DNA of 63,580 bases, filler included, from Bipalium vagum (lineage: Eukaryota): assembly GCA_037834085.1 (NCBI GenBank). It is 3 parts of 3 records of this genome, joined end to end, with 100 filler letters (N's around TTAATTAATTAA, not from the genome) between each part and the next. Parts side by side here need not be neighbours in the genome. Positions count along the whole stretch, not along the records: positions 47,902 to 63,580 come from JBBMKC010152348.1; 2 more parts are not named here. One strand, given 5' to 3'. The notes beneath the pieces were generated by a model. The model did not search any database and was not told the DNA's origin. It was given only the letters and a program-made list of their open reading frames with translations. The position numbers were made by a program, and so were the translations under genes. Position 1 is the first letter of the stretch; every line of letters begins with the position of its first letter. Shown here in pieces: positions 49,068 through 63,580 of this stretch.

Positions 49068-52000
49068 CTAGATGATCATAGTTGGGGAGTTAATTTCTTC
49101 GTTTTCCCAATTTTCTCCCAAACTCTTCACCTAATTACCCTTTAAAACCTCTCCGTAATATTTTAATTATTTTCAATAGCGTTTAATTAGCTAAAAATAA
49201 TTTTAGGAAAAACTTTTCAAGGACTTTTTAAGGGGTTAAATAAAATTTATTACCTAATTAATTAATTAATTAATATATATTTTAAAGGGATATTTTATGG
49301 GGTATCGGATTTCTTTAAGGGTTCATGGGGTGCCTTTGAGAAACTCAACATACTTAACATTTTCTTTTGTCTTTTATTGATTATATCCATGTTTAAGACT
49401 TCATATGATTATTTTATTATAAAAATAGTTAAGAATTTGTAGAAGTACATTTTCCTATTTACTGTCTGTAGAGAAACTGAAACTGTCTATCTTTAAACGT
49501 AAAAATAAAATCAATATTACATTAAATATATCAGAAAATAATGAATAAATTTATATGTACAAATTATTTTGTTATTTTATGCAAGTTTCACGTTCTCTTT
49601 CAAATTTAAAATTAAACTAATTTTTAACAAAATGTAATTATTCAAATTCAATTATTCAAAGTAAAAATTTATATAATTTTTTTCCTCATAACAGAAAGAT
49701 AACTTATTATTGATATTACATATATAATACTTAGTAATAATAAGTATAATTAATAATATTAATATTAATTACTTTTGCAATAAGATCGACAACGCTTTGT
49801 CCATAGGTTCTTTCTGGAATCAATGGAAACATTCTATAAGGGCTGCTGCCATTGGAATTCATCAGACTCCATAGAGATATGGTATTGACCGAAGATTTAT
49901 TAAAAACACTTTGATTTTTAATAAAAGTCTTATTGTGAAAATTGCAAGGGGACTGTTCGATTTTAACATCGCTCTGCTGCAATTCGCGCTCTTTAGAGAA
50001 CAAAGCTCTCTTAATATCTCCTTGGCTGATACCTAAGTAAAGTATTTTCATTTGGTTCACCCATTACATTTAAATACAATAATTGAAAAAAATAAAGATT
50101 AAAAAAAGATAAAAAGGAATTTACTTTTGGTTATATATTGCAAAGAAATGAAATGATTGTGATGATGTAAAAAACAGGGTTTGATTTTCTTATTTTTGCC
50201 AACAAAGTGACATATTTTATAAGTTTCACCCAAAAAAGTATTTAGGTTTAATGAAAATCTAAGACTTGATATTAGAATAGGATAGAGATTTTTTCATAAT
50301 TGCTATGGATGTTCTTGAATTCATTAGAAAACTCATTTATTATTTGGGAAAATAGCAATTGTGTAACACGTGTCTAGATCTGTCCAGAAAATAATTTACT
50401 ATTAATATGTGACTACTGTATATGGACTTGACTATAATGGTGGAATGAGGGTGCGCTTTCACACAGTGACAAATGAATAACATTCGCCAGATGTCTAAAA
50501 TAAAAGGAAAGATATAGATATATGATAGGCTTTATTAATTGAACACAAGTAAGACTAAAAGCATAAACCAAACATAATATTTCAGTTAGCCGAAAGAGTT
50601 TCATCAAACACATATTACTAAAACAAAAATTATCATTAATCAACATTTCTTCATACTTTGATTTCCACTTAAAATCGTTTTATTTCTGGATTTATTTCAC
50701 TGAGTTAGCCAATCAATAATTTTTTTCAATTAACTTATTAATTATTAATGGTCTTCTTATGAAAAAGAAAAGGTTACATTTGACTTGTTTTAGTCACTGG
50801 TTTGGGATTCTTAGCTATTCATTTCAATTTAAAAATTGCCTCTTTCAAATGATTGTTGAATAAAACATCCTCAATATTCATCCTCTTTATATCATCCTCT
50901 CAATATTGAATTCTATTGACAAAAGATTATTTTGTAATAATTATTTATTAACATTGTCTATACTTTAGGGTATCAAATTTAACCTGACTCCGAATCTTGA
51001 ATGGCGCAAAATATCAACAATCAGTAAAGCAATAATTTGTATTTATATTAAAATAACACGAAAAAAACAATGATAACAATACAAAATCGTTCAAATCAAT
51101 ATAAGGATCACAAGAGTAATAACTGACAAAGTGTCACTTAATGTAAATGTCAATATTTAATGAAGTTTTAATGAAAAAAAATCAAATAATAGAAGTTAAC
51201 ACAATGAGTAAAATAAAAATAATTAAAATTTAAAACAGTATCTTAGTCTTCGGTATAAATTTCCGAACTATTAGCTGAGTCCTTTTATAAAAAATTACCA
51301 ATAGATCAAACTGGTATGTCAGTTTTTATAATGATTTTATAATTTAGAACTATGAAAAAACCAATCAACTTTCCAAATAACCTAATATTTACATAAAAGT
51401 AAAATATTTGAAGTTATAATAAAAATCATTTACAATTAAATATATATAAACAATCAGCATAACGAAAATAAGATTGGCAATAAATGTAATGAAGGAAAAT
51501 TAAAAACAAAAACTTTTCCAACTTTTTAATAGTTATTCAAAATTAGGTGCAACGTATACAAAAATAATAAGAAACAATTGTTTTAGGTGAATTTATTGAT
51601 TAAAAATAATTGTAAAGAACTTAACCAATAATTAAAATATTAATTGTCATAAATAAAATAAGCTTTTCTGATTGGTTGACTTTTACACAATGAATCATTC
51701 TTCAAACAATAAACGGAAATAATTCTATGGAGCATTAATTACTGAAAAATAAGTTTCTGAATTCTATCAATTTATTACAAATGAATTAAAAATAAGTTCT
51801 AAGCGTTTGTTTAAATATTATAAAATTGGTAGATCTATAGTTTTAAATTGGTTCCTTGGTCTGGACTTGATAAGAAATAAAGTGTAACACTGTACTTAAT
51901 GTTACTAAAAATCCAACTTTCTTTGCCTGAGTTACTCTATCGTATAACAATAAAATTCTTTTTACCAATAATTATCAAAAGACTTTGGGATGTTTTGTAC

Positions 52001-55000
52001 ATATATAGTACAAATATTATTTATTCGACGTACGGAGTTTGACACTTTCAATGAATCACATTCATTTCAATGGTACAAAACCAAATTTTTAAAATTTTAA
52101 GTTCTGTCATTCGGCGCGGCTCCGACTAATTACAGGAATGATTTGTTTAATCAATGACAGCAGTAATCATTTTTACTTCCCGCAAGCTCTAAGGACTCCG
52201 TAATTTTGATCGCGCTGCTTCTTTTCGTATTGCAATACAAATTGAAATTATAGAATTTAAAAAGTTAAAGAATTTGTTATTAATAGAAAAAAAGATTAAA
52301 TCGTCATGCTGGTTGTGAGATTCAATTTTCTTCGGCTGACATTTCATCATTTTCTAAGATGGCTGCTACCATGCTGTTCCGCTTGAAATGCTTGATTGAT
52401 TTCAATGGGATAGCTGTTGATGACTGCTGACATCAATGTCTGTCAAAAAGCTGAAAACTCAACAGATTTGTGACTTCAATGGAAAAGAAATTGATTTTTC
52501 ATTGCGGCATTTCTTTCTGTTTTCGGCTTTCTTTTCACAGATTTAAATAAAATAAGGAATTATCTTGTCAACGAGATTTAGAAACCGATTTATTGGCAAG
52601 AATTTCACATTTGTGAGAAGGTTGCAAAGTGTATAAAACCTTTTTGAATTTATTGTTTTAAGTTTCTTATTTATTTTCTTATAAAAAAACACAATCTGAG
52701 TATATTTCATATCAATTCATCAAATCATGAGAAATCCATGAAAAAGATTGGTGCAGGAAATATTTAATCAAATATCCTGGAAAGTCTCAAAAAAGAAAAA
52801 CATGAATACATAGTAACTTAGAGCGAAACAAAGTCTTTGATTGAAAAATTAATTGGCTGAGTTAAAACGGATTTTATTAAGGTAAAAGTTAATATTATAT
52901 CAAAGAAGAACTGGAATTTTTAAGATTTCAGTAAGTTTTTGAGGAATATTTGTCAATAAGTGAATCCTTTTTAGTCTTCAGAGAATTACAACTACCATAG
53001 ATTCTCTGTCACAGCGCCAGCCGTGAGGAATAAATATTATTCATAAAATTAAAAAATATAAGTATCAATTTCGAACAATGATTTACTCTGGTATATGCAA
53101 TCCAAAAACTATTAAAACCACTGTCTTTAAAATATCCCACAAATATATTTTTCTATGAATAAGTTTTGTCCGGAAACTTTATTTCCAACCCAATAGTTTA
53201 TCAATTTCAATATGGTTTATTCTCAATTATCAGAATAAGGATCAAGAAAGTCATCTTTGGCCTCCTTTAGAATTTTCATCTTAACAAATATAAAAGATCT
53301 TCCATTCCAAGAAAATTATTCATTGTATGACTTATGTCACGTTTTCGGAAGGAATTCTGTATTATTTTTGGCCGAATTGACTCACCGGTAAACTAAAGTT
53401 AAGTTGAACATACCCAAAACTTAGTTGTTACCGTTTCATTTGATGAACTATATCTTTAAATGACATGTTTAAACAAAAGTCGATTAATTGGAACTGGGAT
53501 GTCAGTACATTCTTTGTTGAAGTCTTATCTTTAAGGTACGCCCAGAACATGTCCCATAAAATGTATCCACTGAAACATCTTGAATATAACGCGATCCTTA
53601 CATTTTCAACTTATTTTTGGTCTGTTGTTTAATGTTAAACTCAAGTAACCATGGTATTACACAAAATTTTAAGTAACATAAATGCTAAATTGTTCAAAAA
53701 TTTTCCTCTTGAAATATCTCATAGAAATAAAAGCGAATAATTATTGAATTTTTCTAATTTTAAGTTTTTTAAAATCACAAACCACCATAATAATAAAATC
53801 TTAATTTTATCAATCAATAATTGTGCAGATTAGATCAAATTTCGATTTAAATAAAAAATCAATAAATATAATTTCTGTTTATTGATTACAAACAGAACAA
53901 ACATTTTTCAACATTTTTGGGAAAATATTTTTTCATGCCTAAAATTAATGAAACTATTGAGATTATTTGAATATATGTTCAAAAATAAACAATGTCATAT
54001 TAGAATTTTTGTATAAGAATACGTAAATAAAACTTAATTATTTTTCAAGAATATGTATCTTAGTGTACTACTAATAATAGGTTGTTTCATAAGTTCCGTC
54101 GAACCATGGTTCTCAAATATCTGGTGGCAAATGTAATAAGAGTTTCCTTATTATTTTATAATTTTTAAAAATTTAGCATTTAAGTTTCCTAATCTTTTCT
54201 GTCATCTTGACAATACGTAGTTTGGCATTATCATGTTACAAGATGATCCGTTTTCTGATATCTGGAAAGTAGTGATGTACAAATTGATAGTCACACAGAA
54301 TTTTGGAAATCTGTCAATTGATAAGGGATTCAATTCCCGGCTTTGCTAGTCTTAGCAATTAGACACCAATTTCAAAATAAAAATAAATAAAAGAGACAAA
54401 AAGAAAAAACCATTGACCTTTTTTACCATTTTTATTTATTACGGAAAAATTTTGAATTTCTCCAGCTTTTTGTTCTGAAATTTCGTTTAATAATTTTTAA
54501 AACACAGAATCTGTCTACAATCTCACAGACTCGATATTGAAGATCTTTATGAAAATAGTCGATCGATAAATTTTCAGATTTTATCCGAAACATAACCATT
54601 TCAACAATTCACCAACTCACAGAACCGGTGCAATCTGCATTGCATTTAATTCACTTGAAAAAAATCAAAAAATATAAATCGATATTATTTTTTAATATAA
54701 AAAAATCAATAGGTTACAGTTACAAAATTTTAAAAAATTTCGAATTTGGAACATCAAGTAGATTTTTAAAATATTTTTCAATATGAAAAATTGATTATTT
54801 TTTTTGTGCATTTTTTGAAGCACATTTCATATATTTTCCACAAAAATAGAAATAGAAATACTTCGTTGTCGTTTGATTGTTGAAGAACCGGAGTTCGGTT
54901 GATCTTTGTTTGAATTGACCTTTGATTTGGTTTTCGACAATTTCGTTATATTAGCATACGTAGAGTTGTTCAAGGAATCCTGACAACGAAATAAAAAGCA

Positions 55001-58000
55001 AAATTTAGCAATTTATAACAACAGCAAAACCGTAAAAAGTTTCACAAGTTAGTTTAATAACACAAAATAGACAAGAAAGAGTGACCTGGAATTATTGTTG
55101 CCAGGACAACATATCACAAGACAACACAGCTTGAATATTTTTAGGTCACCTGCCAATGAAATCGGCCAATCAAAAATTCTTATTTGCATAAACCTCCTTT
55201 GTCATTGATGTCAATGAAAGTTGAAGAATTCATAATTGACTGTGGCAGCATCCTTCTCATTTGATTGTTACAATAGAAAAGTACAAATAATCATTGCTTT
55301 ATTCGTCACAATGTTATTAAATATAATATTTTAATTATTTAGCAATATCTAAAACTAAAATAAAACGATTCAGAATTTTTCTCTTTCTACGATTTGCCAA
55401 GAAAAGAGAACGTATTAATCTTATCCTTATATCGACAGGAATATCGTCTTGAGAAAAGTGAAACCAATTTTCCAAGATCATGCGCTTGTTTTATTGTTTT
55501 TATGAATAAAATGACAGAAAAATGTGACTACTAAAACCAGACTCAGCAGAGATAATTTTACGTTACACAGGCACCACAGACACATTCAGACAATTAGATG
55601 AATCGTACCAGCTTAATATAAACGTTAACCAAGTAAAAGCTAACCAGTGAAGTGATAATAAAACTTATTGAATAATTAATTGTCAAATGATTATATTTAT
55701 TACAATTCTATCATATATTTATTTTCTTCAATTCAAATAAAAATAATAAAAAAATAAACATAGATTATCGGTAAATGAGAATTTTATTTATTTAATGATG
55801 TGAGTTCAATACAGTCTCCGTAACTTATTATTATCATCATAGCAACAGAATAGTTAATGGACTGATTTCATTGGTTCGTAATATTTTAATAATTATTGAC
55901 ATTTATTTTAATAATTTAATTAGAAAAAATATAATTTCATACGCAATACGATCGTAGTTATTTTTCTAATAGATTAATTACCACTGATATCAATTTTAGC
56001 TCATTTTAATGATAAAAATAAAACAAAAAATATGAAATATATTAATAAATATTATCACAACTCGTTTTCATCATTTAAAAAAATGAAGTCAGAATAAAAT
56101 AATATTCAAAGATTATTAAAAATTCTCTATATATTATTTTTATTATTATTAAACAAAAAACAAAGAAATTTAGTTATAATAAATTATGAGTTGAGAGAGA
56201 ACTCATTACACTTGAACATGGTTATTTTTGAGAATATACAAAATTTCAAAAATATATTATAAATTTATTAATTAATTTGATTTTATAAAAAATGATTATA
56301 AAATTTAACTCTAACCAGGTTAAAAAAATTATTTTTACTTAAATTTTGATTAATAATTTTAACCATTTATTTGGAAAATGTAGATAGATGCTCAAAAGAT
56401 CAATATAACTGAAAGTAATCTTAATGCGATCAACAAAATCAAAATCTAAAGTACATAATTTGATTCTGACTTTATAACAAATTAAAAATATTAGACATAT
56501 TAAAATATTATCATTTATTTTTTTCTCCATTCTTTTATTTTTTCAATTTCATCAGTTTTTTATTCCCTTAATAAATGAGATTGAAAACACAATTTCAGGT
56601 TTGACATTGTAATCAATATTTCTTTCATTTTAAATTTGAAAAAATATTTTAAAATAATAGAATTACACAAACTGTATTGTTTTGTATAAAAATAATACAT
56701 TTCTAGAAGAATTGATTAAAAATTAAAATAATAACACAATGAAGCCTGTCAAATTTTGCCCAGTGAGTCTTTAAAATAATATTTTCATCCCAATGATTAT
56801 AAGATTAAACAATTCACACTGTATTTATTAAAAAAAATCTTAAATTTTAAATAAAATTAATTTAATTATAATGAAATAAAATTTCACTATTTGATTCACT
56901 GATTAACAATACTAATAATTTTATTAAAAGTTTGAAAATCTATATTTAGTATATATTTCATTTTTAAAGATGCTAAATTAAAACAGGGTGGCTTTTAATT
57001 ATTGCATATTATTTTGAACAGGTCCCATCACCTGGTGATTACTGATATGAAAGTTGTATTAATGTAATTTTAATCCTTATTGTATTGATAATCGTTTATA
57101 AATATAGATTGCTTATTTTGTTAATAATATTTAATAAAATGAAATCTAATCCGCTTCGGACTGCTATATTGGAATTATACAAACAAAGAAAGTTACAGTC
57201 GGGTATATTAGAACTGGTGAAAGTTCCACAATCAACAGTCTTGCGGGCAATAGAGAGGTTTTAGAGCTTGGAACTGATTCAGACCGTTCTGGAAGAGGCA
57301 GAAAAGTCACTACTACTACTACAAGAAACATACGGGAAGCGCAATGTAACAATTTCGAAGCGAACTTTAGCAAAATCAATGAATATCAGCCGAACTTCTG
57401 TTGACAAAGTGATATAGGGCTTTATTCTTACAAATTCTGCAAAGCACAAACACTAAATCCGAAGATGATGAAAAATCGATTGGAAAAATGTAAGATAATG
57501 TTGCAGTTGACTTCACAGGCCGTCATAAGTCGACATCCTTTACAGATGAAAAGATATTTACGGTAGAAGGCTGTCGCAATACACAGAATGACAGACAATT
57601 GCTGAAAAAGGTACCGAAGATCGCGCAATTGTAATGTGAAGTCGTTTTCCATAATCTGTAATGGTTTGGGGTGTTATAACGGGTTCTGGCAAAACTCCTT
57701 TGGTCTTTGTAGAAAGAGGTGTAAAAATGAATGCAAGAAGATACCAAGAAGACATTTTGGAAGCTGTATTATACCCTTGGGCTAAAACACATTTTGGTGA
57801 AGACAACTGGTCATTACAACAGGACTGGGCTACTTCACATTCTGCTGCAAGCACTATTGCGTTGTGCCAGGAACTTTTCCCATCATTTTGGGACAAAATA
57901 CGTGGCCTCCTAATTCGCCTGATTTAAATTCTATGGATTACTTTATTTGGGGAATCATGGAACAGAAACTTAAGAACTCCTACAACAACTTGGAGACATT

Positions 58001-61000
58001 AAAAACCGATATCAAAAAGCTTGGGACTCATTTTCTACTGCAAAATTAGCGGCAATTGTGGATAACTTTCCCAAACTTTTGAAAGCCTGTATCAAGTCAA
58101 AGGGTGTTTCTTCGAAAATCTTTTGTAAATAAATTGATTGTTATATAATAAAAGATAGTTCTGCCAAATTTTGAGTTTTTTGGATTCGAATTAACTGAAT
58201 TATGCCTAAGAAAGTTTCATGCAATAATTAATAACCACCCTGTATATATACAGAATGTCTCAAAAATGTTATCACCTTTTCAAAGTCAATAACTTACATT
58301 GTTTAGTCAAGATAATTATATTTTTGTAATCTTATTATATAGTTCATTTTATTTTATCAAGTTATTCGTTAACAGGCATTACTTTTGGAATGACCAAATA
58401 ATTTATTGATTATATAAATTATATTTATTGATCGAAAAAAATATTCTTTTTTGATATCATAATCACATCACGGTTAAAAAAATTCATGGGAATTTGTTTT
58501 CTTCTATTTTGTAGCAGCAAATTTTTGTCACATTCTCTTTGTAAGTTATACCGTAATAATATCCATCGGATATAATTTACGGTCCACTGAACATTTCATT
58601 TCATATTCGCTTTTTACTAAAAAATAGAAATCATTTAATTTTGTATGCTGAAAAAAGTTTATCATTCAACAAAATTTTCGTTCAGAGAGTAAAAAAAGAG
58701 AAACAATTAATTATTTCCATCAATAAATAGATCTTTACATTTTACTACGAAACCGACGTTTTTGCACTGTGTGTGGTATAAGCAAAAAATTCTATAACTA
58801 ATCCATCTCGTGAAATTCTTCGAATCTCGCATTATTTTACCGCTCAATGAAGATAAAAGCATTAGGTCGCGCGACTTCTTAATGAAGTTGCTCTCTTAAT
58901 TGTTTTGTTAGATTAACACGAATTTGTTTTAATATTTCAATTGAAATTCTTGCTCGATTTTTGAGTAGAGGAAAAAATGATCTTAAGTTTAACGAATATT
59001 CTTCCAGTTTCAAGATCCTTTATGATATGATCATGTTTTGGTTTCTGACCAGATTTACTAATCAGAAAATCAGCGCACTAAATATCAATATCAATATACA
59101 GATTAGCCTTTTTATTATTTAACTTCAGGTTGAAGAAGCAAGAAACTTTCAAAGTCAAAAAAATGTCGACCAGTTACCTACGTAATCATTTAAAAGGTTT
59201 ATTTTAATAACTACAACCAATAAAGACGTTTCTTAAAACAATTTCTAAAAACAACGAATTTTATGTTTTAATATTCAAAATTAACTATCATTATTTTGAT
59301 CTAAGTGAAATTTTTGATCATGTTTTTTTGACCAAAATGACTAACTAGTATTTTTTTGACAGATCGATTATACAATGTTATATATTTTCATGTTGACAAT
59401 AAAGACTTGGATATTAAATGCGATGGTAGTGGTAAAATATTCAAAGAATGCACATCAACAAGAAACATTGTTTGTGTTTCATGGCGCTGCTACACGAAAA
59501 ATACATTATTTAGACGAATCATCGTTTCGGTAATTTTTTCGATTACATCAACTATCTTTTTGACCCCGTTGATAATAAAACATGATTCGAATTTTTTTAC
59601 ACCTGCCTTAAAATTGTTTGAAAAGTTCTACAGATCTGGAGTAACAAAATTTTGATTCTGACAAAAATTGTACTCTTAAGAAATAATTTTGGTCCTGAAA
59701 TCAATAAAAATATTTTTCAAAAAGATTTCATTCTTAAATATCGTTCAATAATTTTTTTATTACAATCGATCATCAACTTTATTATGGATCATAGTATCGA
59801 GAAGGTTTAAGAATATCCTATATCAGAATATTTATGATATGCAACTTTTCTTTAATGGAAATACTTAATTTCACATAATAATTTTAGAGCTCTCATTTTA
59901 ATAAAACTTCTATGAAATAAAAAAACGTTTTTCTCTCACAAAAGAATGAATAGTGTTAACAAAGTGAGATCTCTATCTTCTCTTGCACTTTATTATTTTT
60001 AAAAGAATTCTTTCACAAAATTAGAGATTACAAATTTAATTAATGGAATAATATTTAGAATAATCGGAAACGTTTTTTCCATGTAATTTCCGAGAAAAGA
60101 TTTTATAAATTAATAATAAAAAAAATAATAATATTTTCCTAAATATTTACCATGCTGTTTTATTAAATTTAAAAGTTTTATAGTAAAGACACATTATATT
60201 ATTTTATTAAAAATAGAAAATTTGATTATGGCAGAAAATTGTTTCACTTTGATGATTTAGTGATATGATATGATAAAAAATAATAATGATAAAATTAATT
60301 AAATAATAGTAAAATTTTTAATAATACTAACAATAAAAAATCAATTAATTATAAGCAAAATAACAACAAATTAATAGCAACTTCACTTGAAATGATTTGC
60401 TTTAATCACAAGCTCGGTTAATTAATTTCTATCTAACCAAGGTTACATTGTTAATGATCCATAGCGACATTCTTACTTTAATTAATTATTAATAAATAAA
60501 TTTTAAAAATATTTAGAAATTTCAATAATTGTCTCTTATAATTATTATTTTTTATTATTATTAAAATAAAAATTAATCATTTTACTGAAAATTCTTTCAA
60601 ATTGGCAATGAATTCATAACATATGTACAATTGTTAAAATAATGATCGGTAATGATTTATATTAAACTGGTACATTATTAAGGAAACTTAATAATCAGCA
60701 AAGCTCTTACTCTTGTCAACGGTTTCAAGTCTATGGTGCGACTAGGAGATGTCAAACAACTGTTGAATTGAAGAGAGAGATTACTGTTTCGATTTGAATA
60801 TGCTGGTGTATAAACTGATGGTACTCCACAAACGGGACAGCTGCGCTTTTTGCATTTGATAGCAGCATACGTTGGATCATAATCATAGGAACTAAGATCA
60901 TCAGTGCTAAGGACATCTTGACGGCTGGCACAACGACAATTTACACATTCAACACTGATTCGGAGAAATTTATCCAATTTTGTAGCAGAAGAGTTAGCAG

Positions 61001-61224
61001 ATTTAAACGAGGCCGAATCAGTGAGAACAACGAAATTTTCTTCCTTATTTTCCGTCTCATCGGTTGACCGTAATTCATTGTAGTTCTCAGATTCGGCCAT
61101 AGATGTTATTTCAGGTTCCACAATGACATTTGTGAAACAAGCGTCAGATAGTTGAACAAGACAAGGTTTTGGAATAGGAGGAAGTTCACGATCAATGTGG
61201 CTCGTTCGACCTGTTGTTTCAAGC
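49068..61224 (-). CDS. Unknown multi-exon protein with a Pro-rich motif and multiple Tyr motifs (adaptor or receptor tail-like); 5' exons not found
   Basis: Phase-compatible GT-AG exons 61224-60711, 54979-54862, 54474-54427, 50032-49773 and 49130-49068 (stop). Confidence 0.55.
49773..50032 (-). CDS. Internal exon of the unknown minus-strand gene
   Basis: TTAG|GT ATC acceptor and AAA|GTAATT donor bracket the open frame GISQGDIKRALFSKERE...GQSVVDLIAK. Confidence 0.65.
53000..53600 (-). mobile_element. Decayed Tc1/mariner-type fragments
   Basis: MFWAYLKDK and FVGYFKD motifs, typical of the region following the final catalytic Asp. Confidence 0.45.
56984..58242 (+). mobile_element. maT (DD37D) transposon, full length with frameshifted transposase
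   Basis: TIRs CAGGGTGGCTTTTAATTATTGCAT / ATGCAATAATTAATAACCACCCTG|TA. Motifs TDEKIF, MVWGVI..GKTPLVFV, QQDWA...WPPNSPDLNSMDY, with 37 residues between the last two Asp across one frameshift. Confidence 0.9.
60711..61224 (-). CDS. Large internal exon of the unknown minus-strand gene
   Basis: About 171 open codons with higher GC; frame open upstream of the ORF-track start; donor AGA|GTAAGA. Confidence 0.75.
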
Positions 61225-63510
61225 CTATTGTGAATAATTTCATCAAAATTTCGAACTCAAAGTTCCATCAATATAACAGAGATTAGCAAAAATACCCATA
61301 TCAATTATTAAAATTGAATCAATAAATTACAGTGACAATAAACAATTACTGACATGTCACTTAATTATTTATTAAGATCCACTATTAATAATTAATAAGT
61401 ACTCCTACATTGAAAATTTAGATTATTCAACAAAAAAATTTTCAATAAATCAATAAATAGTTAATTTTTCGGCTAATAGAATAACATTAAAACAATATTC
61501 ATATTAATGTAATTAAAATAAAACATTGACAAAGATTCATAAAGAAAAATAGTTTTTTATGAACGAAACAGTAAATTGCTCTCTAAGTTTTACTCCATCA
61601 AACTGATCTAAAACTACATGTCTTCTACAAGGGTTTTAGTATGAAAGTCTGTCTGGGTGACTCCAACATTTCTAAAGAGAAGACTAGAAGATGTTGAAAC
61701 ATAAACAAGATTTACAAAAAAATTTAAAAAATGAAATTTTCTTAATTCATTAAAGATTCGAAATAATAATTATTATAGATAAATAATAATTAATTATATT
61801 AATTCTAAATAATTCATTTCAGAAATTATTTATATATTTTCCAAAAAATTTAATTTTTTAAACTCCTATTTTAAATAACAGTTCTAAATAATAAATATAT
61901 TTTTATTAAGAGTTAATTGAAGATAAAAAATCAGTTGAAAATCATGAAGAAATTCTTTTGTTCATTTTGTTAATTTTATCATATATAAAAAATTGAATTT
62001 TAAGAGAATATTGTTGAATTTTTTCAAGAGAAAAATCCTGAGGATATTTATTGAAGATTTTACTTACTTTATGCAATTGAAAAAAGATCATTTACAGATG
62101 AGACAAAATATGTTTGTCTCAATAATAACAAAGCTCGACTAAGTTTTGAATTAATTATAATTTTTAATAAAGAAAAATAATGGAACAATCGTTGAAAATA
62201 GTAAAGCAATTGAAAATTTTCAGCAATCGAAATTGATTTTCATATTATAACTGTTAATAAATAAATAAATTTTCTTAAAAAAATAATCATTGGTTTTTTC
62301 TGAGCTTTTAATGTGAACTGAGTGACAGATCAGGTTTCAAATTCAGGACACGTATTTATTTATTTAATATTTGAATTTGAACAAATCAAAATTTTTGACA
62401 AATAAAATTTCATTAATTGATTTTCAACTGGAAATATTTTAGCCACTGTCTATTTTTGCTTAATGACCGAAAACTTAACAAAAGAAATGATTTTAATTTG
62501 ATCTATTATTGACAACATCACTTTTGCTTATCAATTTCATATCTGGATTTTTTTATTTCAAGTTCAATTTTTGCTTTTTTCTGAACACAAAATATTACAA
62601 AAAATATTATGTAGTAATTGAACATTTTTATTACAAAATTTAACATATTATTTATTTTATTGTCGCCTATTTTAATGAATATTGATCAGATAAATAAATA
62701 ATTTTTAATTAAACTACCAATCAAATCCAAAATAAAAACAAGTTGACAGCGTGCTCATATTATTATTATTTTTTATTATTTAAAATTAAATTTTTGGTGA
62801 AATTAATAATATCATATCCAATTCTTTTTTCAATAAATTAATTATTTAATAAGTAAATAAATAATTAAAAAGGTTTCATTTGTGCAATAATCAATTAATT
62901 TCTTTACTCGCTAAAATATGAATTTTACTTTAAGGCTTTCTATTTCTGTTATTTTTCTATTTTTCTGCTTTCCGACTATTAACCATTGATCATAGACATT
63001 GACTTTGAAATTAAAACTTCATGTTTAGCTTTCCATTTTGTTATTAAATTAGATTCAGACACTGTTAACTTTGGACCGAGACTCAAAATCGGTAGCAAAA
63101 AACACAAATTCTCTTTTTTCTCACGGGACACAGATTAATATAATAGCATTTTTCACAATTCTCCCATTTAAACAACCAAATAAATGAGAAAAATGTTTTT
63201 AAAAAAAACCTTTTCCTCATTTCTCCCCATATAAATTTACAAATGACTTGTTTTAATAAATAATTAAACAGAAAAGAAAATTATTAAATTGATTGCTAAA
63301 GACATTTTGACAGTCTTTCCATGGTTATGATGTAACCAGTATTAATTGGTCAGACAAACTTCGCTTTAAGAATTGGTGATCAACAAAAAACACAAAGAAT
63401 GATTTGAATGAAATAAAAAATTAAAATCATAAAAGATGAATTTCTGTTAATTAAAATTTTAAATAAATATAAGAATTTTAAAAATAAAATAAAATATTAT
63501 TCTTAAAAAA

Positions 63511-63570
<60 letters not shown>
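63511..63570. repeat. (ATT)n microsatellite
   Basis: Perfect ATT run at the window end. Confidence 0.95.
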
Positions 63571-63580
63571 GATTATGAAT

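Noticed and set aside
47470-49773. Splicing the unknown minus-strand gene directly into the ETS exon
   Set aside because: Phase-compatible, but it would omit the first half of the ETS domain, cross an artificial linker, and an in-phase terminal exon exists at 49130-49068.
54862-54880. KRQR at an exon end as a homeodomain N-terminal arm
   Set aside because: No downstream homeodomain helices (WFQN) were found in any following exon.
1-63580. Prokaryotic systems (CRISPR arrays, operons), rRNA or tRNA genes
   Set aside because: The sequence is intron-containing animal DNA; no spaced direct-repeat array or recognisable structural RNA gene was seen.

Overview
AT-rich animal (bilaterian invertebrate) genomic DNA. 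The neuropeptide, the (AAT)n repeats and the TE load look flatworm-like, but the organism cannot be fixed from the sequence. The window is three contigs joined by two artificial 100-bp N/TTAATTAATTAA linkers. Spliced host genes reconstructed by eye: a 2-exon NPY/NPF precursor (GRQRF-amide); the terminal exon of a WD40 gene; an 8-exon THAP-CtBP fusion whose dehydrogenase catalytic residues appear lost and whose putative last exon carries an eh1-like motif; the 3' part of cullin-3; APC11; the last exon of a PEA3-type ETS factor; and a multi-exon unknown gene rich in SH2/SH3-type motifs. The rest is mostly decayed transposons (mariner, Tc1, maT DD37D, pogo, hAT, Chapaev3-like, solo-LTR-like and possible Polinton fragments). 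All homology calls are from remembered family motifs, not database searches.
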